Shown piece by piece: positions 41,287-51,378 of a DNA stretch of 64,000 nt. The translations under genes and the position numbers were made by a program. The stretch is from Spirochaetota bacterium (GTDB taxonomy: Bacteria > Spirochaetota > UBA4802 > UBA5550), in NCBI GenBank assembly GCA_050298055.1, contig JBNKTL010000012.1, positions 34,855 through 98,854 of the forward strand, in the 5' to 3' direction. The notes below the pieces were generated by a model, which saw nothing but the letters and a program-made list of their open reading frames with translations, did not search any database and was not told the origin of the DNA. How positions within the stretch are numbered: the stretch's first letter is position 1; every line of letters starts with the position of its first letter.

Positions 41287-42354
41287 TCATAAGATAAAGT
41301 ATACCCTGAGTACAATTATTTTAGCGGTAATATCTGAATATTCCGCTTTTATCTCCCGTGTACGTGTTGTATTATACTCGTTATCGTAGTATGACTGTTT
41401 GAACCTGATCTCTTCCGGGAGATTGTATTTTCTGAGGACCCGGTAGTCATAACTTAAACTGATTCCCGTTCTTATCTTTGTGAAATAGAGCCCGGTCCCG
41501 ATCCCCAGACCGTATGAGCCGAGGTATGAAAAACTGAACGGTTCTGAAAACTCTTCGGTTGTTTCAGACAGGTTGAACCTGAACTTTGTCTCTCTGTATT
41601 CTGCCAGGTTGCCGAATACGGACATGTCGATACTCCAGATAAGCCAGCTTTTTGCGGCGGCAAACCGGAAGCCTGCTTTCAGGTCCAGGAAAAAGGTGTT
41701 GAATTCCGCTTCATACTCAAGGGAATAGACCCTTTCCCGGGGGATCTCCTCCCCGGTAAGGGGATCGGTGATAATTCCCGGGATGATGTTGTCGTCGGAA
41801 ACATGTGATTTCTCCGAAAAGTCCCGGACATCAATTGTTCTCTGAAAAAAGCCCAGTTCGGGAGAAATAAAGAAAGACGTTCCGAATCCCACGGTTGATA
41901 TGCTGAACCTGTTTTCCGTATAGAGCGCTTCTCCATTGGCAACTTTATCTTGATTCTCATTGTAGATATTTACAGTTGTCTCTCCTGAAGAATAGGTATA
42001 GTTCAGTGAAAAAGGGAAAGGTGTTATTAGCCCTTCGGTCTCTTTGTTCCAAATAAGAGTTAACTCATCATTCTTTTCGTTATCCGGTAAGGTTGTTTTG
42101 GCGGCGGTGCCTTTTTGATAAAAGTTCAATGTGGAGCGGTCTTTCGCGGTTATCTTTACGACATTCTCAAGGGGAATTTCTGTTTGAGAACCGTTTTTCT
42201 TTTCTTTAATGATGAGACGGTTATTTATAATTTCGTATTTTCCCGCACTGATTTTCCTGCCGTCTTTCAAATAGATCATATCGGCAAAGAGAGTAAGGGG
42301 CAAATATATTAAAGATAAAATACAGAGTGTAAGAACTCTACCGGTTGCTTTCAT
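41287..42354 (-). CDS. Hypothetical exported protein, possible outer-membrane barrel
   Basis: Signal peptide, ADMIYLKDG N-domain, amphipathic strands ending in VYFIL. Confidence 0.55.
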   Translation of the reverse strand: MKATGRVLTLCILSLIYLPLTLFADMIYLKDGRKISAGKYEIINNRLIIKEKKNGSQTEIPLENVVKITAKDRSTLNFYQKGTAAKTTLPDNEKNDELTLIWNKETEGLITPFPFSLNYTYSSGETTVNIYNENQDKVANGEALYTENRFSISTVGFGTSFFISPELGFFQRTIDVRDFSEKSHVSDDNIIPGIITDPLTGEEIPRERVYSLEYEAEFNTFFLDLKAGFRFAAAKSWLIWSIDMSVFGNLAEYRETKFRFNLSETTEEFSEPFSFSYLGSYGLGIGTGLYFTKIRTGISLSYDYRVLRKYNLPEEIRFKQSYYDNEYNTTRTREIKAEYSDITAKIIVLRVYFIL

Positions 42355-42416
42355 TATATTAATCATTTCATCCGGTTGTCCGCACAATGTAAAACACTTT
42401 TATCCTGTGTTTATGT

Positions 42417-42445
42417 AAAAAAAATGCCCTTTCGGGCATTTTTTT
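42417..42445. terminator. Rho-independent terminator after ahcY (A/T tracts on both sides)
   Basis: A8-TGCCC-TTTC-GGGCA-T7. Confidence 0.8.
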
Positions 42446-42466
42446 AATGAAATAATATGTTCCTGT

Positions 42467-43909
42467 TTAATACCTGTAGGTGTCCGGTTTAAAGGGGCCG
42501 TCAACAGAAACGCCTATGTAATCCGCCTGTTCCTGTGTCAGGCGTGTGAGTTTCACACCCAGTTTCTCCAGGTGAAGCCGTGCCACTTCCTCGTCCAGGA
42601 CCTTGGGCAGTGTGTATACGCCGACTTCGTAGTTCTTCTGCGCCAGCTCGATCTGGGCAAGTGTCTGGTTTGTAAAGCTGTTGCTCATGACAAAACTTGG
42701 GTGTCCTGTTGCGCATCCGAGGTTTACAAGCCTGCCCTCGGCAAGTATGATGATTGACCTGCCTGATGTGACTGTCCATTTGTCAACCTGGGGCTTGATG
42801 TTCTCCTTTTTGCATTCGGGTGTGCTTTCAAGATATCTCATGTCTATCTCGTTGTCGAAATGGCCGATATTGCATACAATGGCATCGTTCTTCATCTTCT
42901 CCATGTGTTCACCGCGAATGACATCCTTGTTCCCGGTTGTGGTAACGAAGATATCCCCCTCTGCTACGGCATCTTCCAGGGTGGTAACCTCGTAGCCTTC
43001 CATTGCCGCCTGCAGGGCGCATATGGGATCTATCTCGGTCACGAGGACCCTTGCGCCGAAACCTCTCATGGACTGTGCGCATCCCTTGCCCACATCTCCG
43101 TATCCGCACACAACGACGATCTTCCCTGCTACCATGATATCCGTTGCCCTCTTGATTCCGTCGGCCAGGGACTCCCGGCAGCCGTAGAGGTTGTCGAACT
43201 TGGACTTGGTCACTGAGTCATTGACGTTTATTGCGGGGAAGAGAAGCTCGCCGTTCTTTTCCATCTGGTAGAGCCTGTGAACACCGGTAGTTGTCTCCTC
43301 GGAGACTCCCCTGATCTTTTTGGAAGCCTCAGTCCAGTGGTTTTTGTCCCTGTTCAGGGATTCCTTCAGCCTGCTTATGATTATCCGGAATTCATGGTTG
43401 TCGGTTTTTTCATCCAGGATAGCGGGATCCTTCTCAGCCTTTACCCCGTGGTGGATAAAGAGGGTAGCATCTCCCCCGTCATCGACAATCAGGTCCGGTC
43501 CCGAACCGTCGGGCCAGGTGAGGGCCTGTTCGGTGCACCACCAGTACTCCTCCAGTGTCTCACCCTTCCAGGCGAAAACAGCCGCTGTTCCCGCTTCCGC
43601 GATTGCGGCCGCGGCATGGTCCTGTGTTGAAAAAATGTTGCATGATGCCCACCTGATATCGGCGCCAAGCTCATGCAGTGTTTCGATAAGGACCGCTGTC
43701 TGTATTGTCATGTGGAGGCTCCCCATGATTTTGAGTCCCTTGAGGGGTTTCTCGGCGGCATATTTTTTTCTCACGGACATAAGTCCCGGCATTTCCGCCT
43801 CGGCCAGGATTATCTCCTTGCGGCCCCAGGATGCCAGTGACGGATCGGCAACCCTGTTGGAAAGCTCCGGGTCAAGCTCCATAACTCCGTTCTTCATCTG
43901 CGTGTTCAT
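42467..43909 (-). CDS. ahcY: S-adenosylhomocysteine hydrolase
   Basis: [40 protein letters not shown]. Confidence 0.98.
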   Translation of the reverse strand: MNTQMKNGVMELDPELSNRVADPSLASWGRKEIILAEAEMPGLMSVRKKYAAEKPLKGLKIMGSLHMTIQTAVLIETLHELGADIRWASCNIFSTQDHAAAAIAEAGTAAVFAWKGETLEEYWWCTEQALTWPDGSGPDLIVDDGGDATLFIHHGVKAEKDPAILDEKTDNHEFRIIISRLKESLNRDKNHWTEASKKIRGVSEETTTGVHRLYQMEKNGELLFPAINVNDSVTKSKFDNLYGCRESLADGIKRATDIMVAGKIVVVCGYGDVGKGCAQSMRGFGARVLVTEIDPICALQAAMEGYEVTTLEDAVAEGDIFVTTTGNKDVIRGEHMEKMKNDAIVCNIGHFDNEIDMRYLESTPECKKENIKPQVDKWTVTSGRSIIILAEGRLVNLGCATGHPSFVMSNSFTNQTLAQIELAQKNYEVGVYTLPKVLDEEVARLHLEKLGVKLTRLTQEQADYIGVSVDGPFKPDTYRY

Positions 43910-44867
43910 TGTAAATCTCCTTGATATTGATCTGGTTTAAATTGCTGATATTTTTTTCCTTAACGGCAGAGTAGAGGCAGACCTTCATGTTCCGGTTTAC
44001 ACTGTATTCTGCTGTTTCCTTTATTGTGAATCCGGCTTTTTTGAGCCAGCTTTCAATCTCAAGCTTTGAAAATCCAAGCCATCGGTGGCCGTATAAGGTC
44101 CGCATCTCTTCGTTACTGTGCTTTTCCAGGTCAACAATGATGAGCGGCGAATTGTATTTCAGTATCCTGTTGGTTTCGGCTATTCCGTTGAAGGGGGAGG
44201 TGAGATGATGCAGGACCATATTCAGGACGGCAAGATCGGTCTCCTCATCCTTTACCGGCAGCTGTTCGATTGTTCCTATCCTCAGGTCCAGGTTGTTCCC
44301 GTTTTTGTTGAAGCGTGTTTTGACTTCTTCAAGCATTTTGGGAGACTGGTCTATCCCGATGACTTTATCTGCCTTGCGGGAGAGCTCAAGCAGCAGTTCT
44401 CCCGTCCCGCATCCCAGGTCAACAGCTGATTCCCTGTTCTCTATCCGGGAAAGGATCTCCGCGGTAATGTCAAGGTTTCCCAGGATCTCCTTTTTCATTT
44501 TATCCCACCGGTCGGCGATGGAGTCAAAGAATTCCTTCTTTTCCTTTCTTCTTTCTTCGATTATCCATTCCATTCTGCTCAGGTCGATCTTCAGATCGTA
44601 ATCGTTTTTCAGGAATCCTGATATGGAAAGGGTGAATTCTCTTCCGGGACCCTCTTTTGAGGCGGAGTAGAAGACCCAGAGCCCGTCCCTCCTGGAGACA
44701 AGAAGGCCGCAGTCGGTAAGTATCTTCAGGTGACGGGAAATCCGTGACTGGCCCATGTTGAGTATTTCGGTTATTTCATTGACGCTGAGTTCATGGTGAA
44801 CCAGCAGGTTCAGGAGGCGGAGCCGGGTCTCATCGGATAGTGCTTTGAAGTATTTAATGGGATTCAT
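43872..44867 (-). CDS. sahR: ArsR-HTH / SAM-methyltransferase fusion regulator (SahR type)
   Basis: [12 protein letters not shown]...SRHLKIL plus DLGCGTG; directly upstream of and overlapping ahcY. Confidence 0.8.
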   Translation of the reverse strand: MNPIKYFKALSDETRLRLLNLLVHHELSVNEITEILNMGQSRISRHLKILTDCGLLVSRRDGLWVFYSASKEGPGREFTLSISGFLKNDYDLKIDLSRMEWIIEERRKEKKEFFDSIADRWDKMKKEILGNLDITAEILSRIENRESAVDLGCGTGELLLELSRKADKVIGIDQSPKMLEEVKTRFNKNGNNLDLRIGTIEQLPVKDEETDLAVLNMVLHHLTSPFNGIAETNRILKYNSPLIIVDLEKHSNEEMRTLYGHRWLGFSKLEIESWLKKAGFTIKETAEYSVNRNMKVCLYSAVKEKNISNLNQINIKEIYNEHADEERSYGA

Positions 44868-44924
44868 ATTATATTACTATATCAAGATATATTGATATAG
44901 TAATATAATATGAATATTTGTCAA
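44862..44924 (-). promoter_or_regulatory. sahR promoter with an overlapping inverted-repeat operator
   Basis: TTGACA (44924-44919)-16 bp-TACTAT on the minus strand; perfect 24-bp arms at 44862-44885 and 44892-44915. Confidence 0.75.
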
Positions 44925-45355
44925 GTGGAAATGGTAATTTTTTTATTTTATTTATTAAATTAATTACGTTTTCACATAAAATTAATGCTCTGACCCTGTT
45001 GTTTGCCCTGAGTTTGCTCTGAGCTGGCGGATAATTGCCTGCAAATAGTGCTCTGACCCCTGAAATTTACTCTGAGCAGCTGGATTTTTAACCAGGAACC
45101 GGTTTTTAGATGTCGTTCATTACATCTCACGTAGCGTTCATTACAAAACTGAACAAATACTCGTTGTTGTATCTTGCCGATGGTTAAATTTTTATGTATA
45201 TATATAAACGTGATGTTTCCGGGCGATGTGTCAAAAAAATTTTAAAGACAAGCTCTGAAGAAGGACTTTTCAGTATGAAAAAGGCCTTACGGGGGGGCGT
45301 CGGCTTTATCGTGACTTCCTGCCGCTGTGCCAAGAGGGAAACGTCCTGTTTGTTA

Positions 45356-45430
45356 GGGACTTTCTTCTTTTTTTAAGGCTTTTGGTATTTTGAACTTGTC
45401 TTTGTGTTGAGAACTTTCCTGGAAAAAAAA
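45356..45430 (+). repeat. ~75-bp direct repeat, copy A
   Basis: GGGAC..TTCTTTTTTTAAGGCTTTTGGTATTTTGAAC..TTTGTGTTGAGAACTTTCCTGGAAAAAAA; aligns with 46552-46627. Confidence 0.7.
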
Positions 45431-45442
45431 TAACAATCATTG

Positions 45443-45585
45443 ATGAAAAGTTTGTTTATTCAACATTTGCTTTGATCCTGTCCGCTACTGTATTCATAAG
45501 TTGCAATGGAGACGGAGGAGACGATAATAGAGGTGAAGGCACAATTGGACCAGGGATTGAAAGTGAAACCTGGACCAAATATTAA
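45443..45585 (+). pseudogene. Frameshifted, truncated lipoprotein remnant
   Basis: Adding one A to ATGAAAAG gives MKKFVYSTFALILSATVFISCNGDGGDD...KY*. Confidence 0.5.
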
Positions 45586-45602
45586 AAAGAATGGAGAGTA
45601 AG

Positions 45603-46475
45603 ATGAAAAAAAGAGTACTTTTATTAGCACTAGTAATATCTGCATTTATCATAACAGGTTGTTCATCCTTGTCAATTAATTCGTACAGTATTCCAAATGA
45701 CAATCTGAACAAGATGGATGAATATTCAAAATATAATTATAAGATAAAAGTGGGTAATTTTACTTCAAATTTAAAAGACAATAAAAAATTTGGTTGTAGA
45801 GCGGCAACATTAAAAGTTCCTGATAATTTAACATTTCAGGAATATTTGAGAAACTCAATGATCAATGAATTCCAGTTGGGAGGTATATATTCTTATAAAG
45901 CTAATATTGAAATAAAGGGGAATATTAATGCCATAAAACTTGATACTCCTCTTATGGTAGGCAAAGCGAAGTGGGATTTAGATGTAGACATATATATAAA
46001 TGGTAAAGAAAAATTTAATATTAAATCCACATATAACTTCCCTTCCGCATTTAATGGTATTCAAGCATGTGAAAATTCATCCTACTACTTTGTTAAGGCG
46101 GTTCAGGATTTAATCAGTAAGATGATTGATAATAATAATTTTAAAAAATATTTTGCTGAATATCGGCAGAAAAACAGATCAATTATACCTGAAAAAAGAT
46201 CGACATTTATTGTTGATAGGAATTTAAATATAAAGACTATAAATGGAAAGTCTATTGATATTAAATTATATGAAAAATCAATCTTCTATCTTAAACCCGG
46301 TATTTATCTTCTCGGTGGGGTTTATTTCAGTGATGGAAGAAAATATACGAAATCGAAAAATTTTAAAGTTAAACTTGAAGCGGATAAAATTAAATTTTTA
46401 TCATACAAAAAGGAAAGTGATAAGTTAATGTATCAGCTTAAAGATTTGGATAAACTGCCTGATAATATGAAATAG
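45603..46475 (+). CDS. Hypothetical lipoprotein, markedly AT-rich
   Basis: MKKRVLLLALVISAFIITGC lipobox; base composition differs visibly from flanking genes. Confidence 0.7.
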   Translation: MKKRVLLLALVISAFIITGCSSLSINSYSIPNDNLNKMDEYSKYNYKIKVGNFTSNLKDNKKFGCRAATLKVPDNLTFQEYLRNSMINEFQLGGIYSYKANIEIKGNINAIKLDTPLMVGKAKWDLDVDIYINGKEKFNIKSTYNFPSAFNGIQACENSSYYFVKAVQDLISKMIDNNNFKKYFAEYRQKNRSIIPEKRSTFIVDRNLNIKTINGKSIDIKLYEKSIFYLKPGIYLLGGVYFSDGRKYTKSKNFKVKLEADKIKFLSYKKESDKLMYQLKDLDKLPDNMK

Positions 46476-46551
46476 ATAAATTTATAGGATAAATATTTAA
46501 AGACATGTTGTAACTCAGTGCATCACTTTTCAGTTAGGGAAGGACCTTGCG

Positions 46552-46627
46552 GGGACATTGCTTTATTCTTTTTTAAGACTTTTTGTGTTTTGAAACGGTT
46601 TTGTGTGGAGAACTTTCCAGAAAAAAA
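46552..46627 (+). repeat. ~75-bp direct repeat, copy B
   Basis: Aligns with 45356-45430. Confidence 0.7.
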
Positions 46628-46701
46628 GTTATTTACTGGTTTAAAAAATGGACTGTTAGAACAGAGAAATGGTATATTATTATACTGAAAATAAAATCAC
46701 A

Positions 46702-46917
46702 ATGAAAATTTTCTATCTGCTCATTATGAGTTCTTTTCTGTTTTGTAATTCAACTGCTAAAAATCAAAAAAAGCAAAATTTGATGGACGAAAATCAAAAG
46801 ATAATTAGTCTGAAATTTAAAGTGGAAAAAATGCTTGGTATTGGCTGAGGAACAGTTTACATAATTACTGATTTTGAAATACTTCAGGGTAATACAAATC
46901 TATACGAAAAAATGTAG
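46702..46917 (+). pseudogene. Lipoprotein remnant with an in-frame TGA
   Basis: MKIFYLLIMSSFLFC...MLGIG*GTVYIITDFEILQG...; TGA at 46846. Confidence 0.45.
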
Positions 46918-46954
46918 AAACAAATAGATAATTTCAGTGCTCTGTCCCCTGTAT

Positions 46955-47653
46955 CTACAGTTTAAGATAGTATTTCCTCTTCTTTTCATCAAGCTTTTCA
47001 ATGGCATACCTCAGCTCAGTCCGGGGAATATTACGAATATGCTTCTCAAGGAAATCCGTAAGGACCCTTTCATCCCTTTTCCCGATCTCCCTGAGCATCC
47101 AGCCGCAGGCCTTATGAATAAGGTCGTGCCTGTCAGAAAGAAGGATCTCGCAGAACTTGAGACAATCCTCAAAGTCGTTTTGCCTGATAAAGGAGAAGGT
47201 GGACATGACAGCAATGCGCCGTTCCCAGAGATTCTTTGACTTAACAAATTTATTGAGAATTGACCTGTCTTTGTCAAAGAGGTAGGGGCCTGATATTTTT
47301 GGCGCCGTAAGGTCAACAAGGTCCCAGTTATTCATCTTTTTACTGTTTTTTATATAGAAATCAAATATCCTTTTTTTTTCAATATCACCTGACTTTTCGT
47401 ATTTATATGTAAGGATTATTGCACCGCATAAGCGAATTTCATGGAATTCATTATCCAGAAGTAGCTGTACCTGTTGAAAATTCAGAGAAACGTATTTTTT
47501 TGCATATTTTCTTATTACCGGGACCTTCAGACCCAGGAATTTATCTCCTTCCCCGTATTCCCCCTTTCCGGTTTTGAAAAACCGGGCAAGGATTTTTGCC
47601 TGATCGCTGTTTTTCAGGGATTTCAGTTCCTTTATCAGTTCTTGCTCGTTCAT
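46955..47653 (-). CDS. DNA alkylation repair protein (AlkD-like)
   Basis: FFKTGKGEYGEGDKFLG, NNWDLVD, LWERR, KACGWMLRE; start at MNEQE. Confidence 0.88.
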   Translation of the reverse strand: MNEQELIKELKSLKNSDQAKILARFFKTGKGEYGEGDKFLGLKVPVIRKYAKKYVSLNFQQVQLLLDNEFHEIRLCGAIILTYKYEKSGDIEKKRIFDFYIKNSKKMNNWDLVDLTAPKISGPYLFDKDRSILNKFVKSKNLWERRIAVMSTFSFIRQNDFEDCLKFCEILLSDRHDLIHKACGWMLREIGKRDERVLTDFLEKHIRNIPRTELRYAIEKLDEKKRKYYLKL

Positions 47654-47933
47654 GATACAATTTATATGATAATTGTGAGAAGGAGACAAGTATTTTATGC
47701 TCTGACCCCGGATTATTCGATTTACCCGTTTATTCTGATCTTGCTCTGAGTAAATTGGGAGCGAAGGGAAAACCGGGCTCTGCCCCCCCGGTTTAGACTC
47801 AACTTGCTCCGGAGAGGTGGAGAACTGTTTGTAAAAAGGTGCTCTGACCCCCCGGTTGACCTGAATAAAACAAATTGACATAAATAAGGGGCCTTATTAG
47901 GAAATCATAAAACAGGGACAGAGCAGATAATAT

Positions 47934-49607
47934 ATGAAGATTATATATCTCACAGATATTCACGGGGCCTTTAACCAGGTTATGGCCCTGCTTCTTGAAA
48001 CAATTGCCGATGTATACATCATCACCGGGGACCTTATTGATATTCCCTTTTACAGCATTGAATCGGCAATCCACTATCACGACCTCCAGTCGTACTTTAC
48101 CGGAATGAGAAGGAACATGGACATGGAGGAGATGATCATTGAGGATTTTGTGGACAAGCTCCTTGAGATCCCCGATACCCCGGACTACCTTCAGAATATG
48201 GGGAGCAAATACCAGCAGTATACCATACGGGCCAGGCGGGTCATGCAGCAGAAGTACAAGGTCCTTGAAAATATCTTCCTCACAAAGACATCGTCGCAGA
48301 TATACTCCCTTCCCGGAAATTACGACATGGACCTTAAGTTCACCTCCCTTCATGAGAGGGACCTGCACCTGAGATGGCATGATATCGGCGGATTCAAAAT
48401 TGCCGGGTACGGAGGCGCGGATGTCTGGACCATGGGCATTCCCGAAAAGTATATTATCAACTATAACGCGGGCATCGGCACCAACGATAAAAAAAATGAA
48501 ATGTATATATTCTTCAAGGCCATCAAGCCCGATATCATTGTCACCCACCAGCCGGCCCACGGTGTCATGGACAGGCATATTGTGAGGGGGACGTCCGGTT
48601 CGCCGGCACTCAGAACATTCTGTGATAATAACCCGGTGAAGCTCTGTCTCAGCGGACATATGCACAACGACTGGGGACTTCGCTTTATAGAGGACACGGT
48701 CTATCTTAATCCTTCGAATTTCGGTGATATCACCTCTACAAATGTGGATGTTACCGAGGGGGGATATTTCTTTGAGATAGAGATGAGTGAGCAGGGACCG
48801 GAAAAGATACTTTACAAGAAGCTTGCAAATGAGAGGATATTCGAACTGGCAGAATACTCTCAAAAGGGTGATGAGTGGATTGAGGATGTTAAGGATATCG
48901 AGAGGTATTCCGCCCACAAGAGGGGAGAGAACTATGACCTCAAGGTGCAAAAGTATTCCCACATTCCTGAGATTGAACTTTTTAACGATATCAAGAGCTT
49001 CTTCAGAACATTCCAGACCCAGGAGACCGAGGAGAGGGTGAAAGAACTTGAAGCCGCCATGGAACTCTTGAACAACAGGCTGGTTGATGTTGCCCTTGAT
49101 ATTGCCGGTTCCGTTAACCTGGGTATCTCCCAGAAGAGCTCGGACATCGATGTTGTCCTCTATACAAGCTGCCGCATGGAGTGTCCCGACCTCCTGGAGC
49201 AGTGTCCCCACTTCCGCGATGTGAAGAAACAGATTGAAGAGAGCCTGGCAGGGAGGTACAGGTTTGAAATTGTTGACTGTATTGATCTCGATGTGGTCAG
49301 GTCCAGTGTTACAATGGAAGACTACGAGTGTGAAACAACCCAGCGTTTCGTGGCATACAGGTCAATCTGCCGCCCTGTGAACTACAAGGTCATTGCCCCC
49401 ATTGAAGACCTGCTGAATAAAAATATCGAGTTCCGGAAAGAGCTTGAAGGAAGCATCAGGTCCTACTTCAGAATATTTGTCACCACCAGTCAGCATACCA
49501 AGTCCTTTGAAAAGTATGAGGCCAGGCTTAAGACAATAGGGATCAAGATGCCGTCATACATAAAGAACAAGATACAGGAATACCTTCAAAGGGAAAACAG
49601 TGAGTAG
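47934..49607 (+). CDS. Calcineurin-like metallophosphoesterase fused to a C-terminal Pol-beta-type nucleotidyltransferase domain
   Basis: DIHG, GDLID, GNYD, THQP, GHMH; C-terminal IAGSVNLG...SDIDVV. Confidence 0.75.
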   Translation: MKIIYLTDIHGAFNQVMALLLETIADVYIITGDLIDIPFYSIESAIHYHDLQSYFTGMRRNMDMEEMIIEDFVDKLLEIPDTPDYLQNMGSKYQQYTIRARRVMQQKYKVLENIFLTKTSSQIYSLPGNYDMDLKFTSLHERDLHLRWHDIGGFKIAGYGGADVWTMGIPEKYIINYNAGIGTNDKKNEMYIFFKAIKPDIIVTHQPAHGVMDRHIVRGTSGSPALRTFCDNNPVKLCLSGHMHNDWGLRFIEDTVYLNPSNFGDITSTNVDVTEGGYFFEIEMSEQGPEKILYKKLANERIFELAEYSQKGDEWIEDVKDIERYSAHKRGENYDLKVQKYSHIPEIELFNDIKSFFRTFQTQETEERVKELEAAMELLNNRLVDVALDIAGSVNLGISQKSSDIDVVLYTSCRMECPDLLEQCPHFRDVKKQIEESLAGRYRFEIVDCIDLDVVRSSVTMEDYECETTQRFVAYRSICRPVNYKVIAPIEDLLNKNIEFRKELEGSIRSYFRIFVTTSQHTKSFEKYEARLKTIGIKMPSYIKNKIQEYLQRENSE

Positions 49608-49624
49608 GGGGATTTGCCTGATAA

Positions 49625-50875
49625 TCAGAGCTTTGAAAAGTCAAGGGTCGTAAAGTAGTCATCCACGGTTTCGGCCCTCCTTATCTCCTCTACGGAACCG
49701 TCCTCTTTGAGAAGAAGTTCCGCGGACCGGAGCTTTCCGTTATAGTTGTAACCCATTGCGTGACCGTGGGCCCCCGTGTCATGGATAACAAGTGTATCGC
49801 CGATCTCTATTTCCGGAAGGTCCCTGTCGATGGCAAACTTGTCGTTGTTTTCGCAGAGTGATCCGGTTACATCGTACATCCTGTCAGCCGGTTCATTCTC
49901 CTTGCCCATAACTGTTATGTGATGATACGCTCCGTAGAGTCCCGGCCTCATGAGATTGGCCGCGCTGGCATCCACTCCTATGTATCGCTTATAGGTGTTC
50001 TTTCTGTGGAGGACTTTTGTCACAAGGTAGCCGTAGGGACCGGTGATCAGCCTGCCGCTTTCGGTGTATATCTTAAGAGGATGAAGGCCGGCATTCTTAA
50101 TGTGAAGTTTGTATACTTCTTCGATACCTCTGCCGATGAATCCCATATCCAGGGGCTCTTCCTCAGGTTTGTAGGGGATTCCGAAGCCGCCGCCAAGATT
50201 CACAAATTCAAAATTAATATTGAGCTCCCGGGAGATATCCGCGATCAACTGGAAGAGCATGATGGCCGTATCAATGAAGTATTGGGGGTCAAGCTCGTTT
50301 GAGGCTATCATGGTATGAAGGCCGAACCTCCTGACGCCTTTATCCTTTATAATCCTGTATCCTTCGAAAAGCTGTTCCCGTGTAAAACCGTACTTGGCCT
50401 CTTCCGGGACTCCAATGATGGCATTACCGCCCCTGAGAGGACCCGGGTTATACCTGAATGAAAGGATATCGGGAAGACCTGCTGTCTCTTCCAAAAAGGG
50501 GATATGCGATATATCGTCAAGGTTTATGATGGCGCCAAGTTCCCTGGCTTTCACGAACTCCCCGGCAGGGGTGTCGTTGGATGAGAACATGATCTCCTCG
50601 CCTGTAACTCCTGTCCTCTCCGCAAGGATAAGCTCTGCAAGGGAGCTGCAGTCCGCTCCGAATCCAAGCCCGTTCAGAATTTTCAGGAGAAAAGGATTCG
50701 GAGTTGCCTTGACGGCAAAAAATTCCTTAAACCCGTCAACCCAGCTGAATGCGTCCATAAGCTTTCGGGCATTCTCTTTTATTGCCTTCTCGTCATAGAT
50801 ATGGAAAGGAGTGGGATATTTTTCTATTACCCGTTCCAGTTCATCTTTGTTAAAGGGTACACTTTTTGCAGTCAT
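49625..50875 (-). CDS. lysA: Diaminopimelate decarboxylase
   Basis: AVKA, NLGGG, ESGR, CENND, GAHG. Confidence 0.88.
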   Translation of the reverse strand: MTAKSVPFNKDELERVIEKYPTPFHIYDEKAIKENARKLMDAFSWVDGFKEFFAVKATPNPFLLKILNGLGFGADCSSLAELILAERTGVTGEEIMFSSNDTPAGEFVKARELGAIINLDDISHIPFLEETAGLPDILSFRYNPGPLRGGNAIIGVPEEAKYGFTREQLFEGYRIIKDKGVRRFGLHTMIASNELDPQYFIDTAIMLFQLIADISRELNINFEFVNLGGGFGIPYKPEEEPLDMGFIGRGIEEVYKLHIKNAGLHPLKIYTESGRLITGPYGYLVTKVLHRKNTYKRYIGVDASAANLMRPGLYGAYHHITVMGKENEPADRMYDVTGSLCENNDKFAIDRDLPEIEIGDTLVIHDTGAHGHAMGYNYNGKLRSAELLLKEDGSVEEIRRAETVDDYFTTLDFSKL

Positions 50876-50910
50876 ATCTGTAACCGGTACTTTGTTATAT
50901 TGATAATTCT

Positions 50911-51051
50911 TAATTACTCGGCCCTATGGTTAAAAATAATGTATTTAATAAAATACCAACAATGTGTCCCCGCTGCGGTCGGCGGCGGGGACACATCAGT
51001 TATCTTCTATTTCATTAAAATGTCCATTCTTATGCATAGCTGAGTAGTTGC
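50911..51051 (-). mobile_element. MITE-like repeat, copy 7 (upstream of lysA)
   Basis: ATGTGTCCCCGCTGC-GGTCG-GCGGCGGGGACACAT; end CATAGCTGAGTAGTTGC. Confidence 0.78.
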
Positions 51052-51201
51052 AATAATTCAAGGAATATCCGGGTGGTAAGAGTGTCAAGATTATTTTATT
51101 CTGTTAATTTGCTCCTGCAATTCTCTGCACTGTTTTTTATGAACTCATGGCTCGTCTCCCTGTTCCTTTATAGTATCAATTTCTTTTATTATCTGATATA
51201 T

Positions 51202-51378
51202 TTACAGGATGTCAAATAAATATATTATGCTGATATCATCTGTTCTCCTTGAGAGGTCGTATCCGTATTCATCCTCGATGTATTTCTTTATCTCCTCTTT
51301 TCCGGAACCCGTCCTGGACATGAACAGGGCCGCTGCGTAGGGAGAACCGATTATATCCCCTGCAATAGCTCCAATCAT
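51202..51378 (-). pseudogene. ADP-ribosylglycohydrolase (DraG/ARH family) remnant with a large internal deletion
   Basis: MIGAIAGDIIGSPY fused directly to AAALFMSRTGSGKEEIKKYIEDEYGYDL. Confidence 0.65.

Larger units (their letters stand above)
44986..47925. repeat. Clustered TGCTCTG(A/T)CCC(C) motifs
   Basis: Copies at 44986, 45048, 46937, 47698, 47776 (degenerate) and 47839; inverted copy at 47915. Confidence 0.65.

Noticed and set aside
45340..46640. Integron attC sites (GTTAGGG at 45352 and 46533)
   Set aside because: Imperfect GTTRRRY, no convincing RYYYAAC partner or L-box hairpin, and no integrase in the window
46846..46848. In-frame TGA as selenocysteine or recoded Trp
   Set aside because: Other genes here use TGA as a stop, no SECIS-like hairpin is apparent and the frame closes 23 codons later; a nonsense mutation is simpler
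47654..47881. N-terminal 76-aa extension of the AlkD-like ORF
   Set aside because: It runs through the non-coding motif cluster; family similarity starts at MNEQE
47799..49211. 470-aa ORF on the minus strand
   Set aside because: It is the antisense shadow of the motif-bearing phosphoesterase-NTase gene and has no recognisable motifs
50876..51060. Lysine riboswitch upstream of lysA
   Set aside because: The structured sequence is a copy of the dispersed MITE-like repeat; I saw no L-box features
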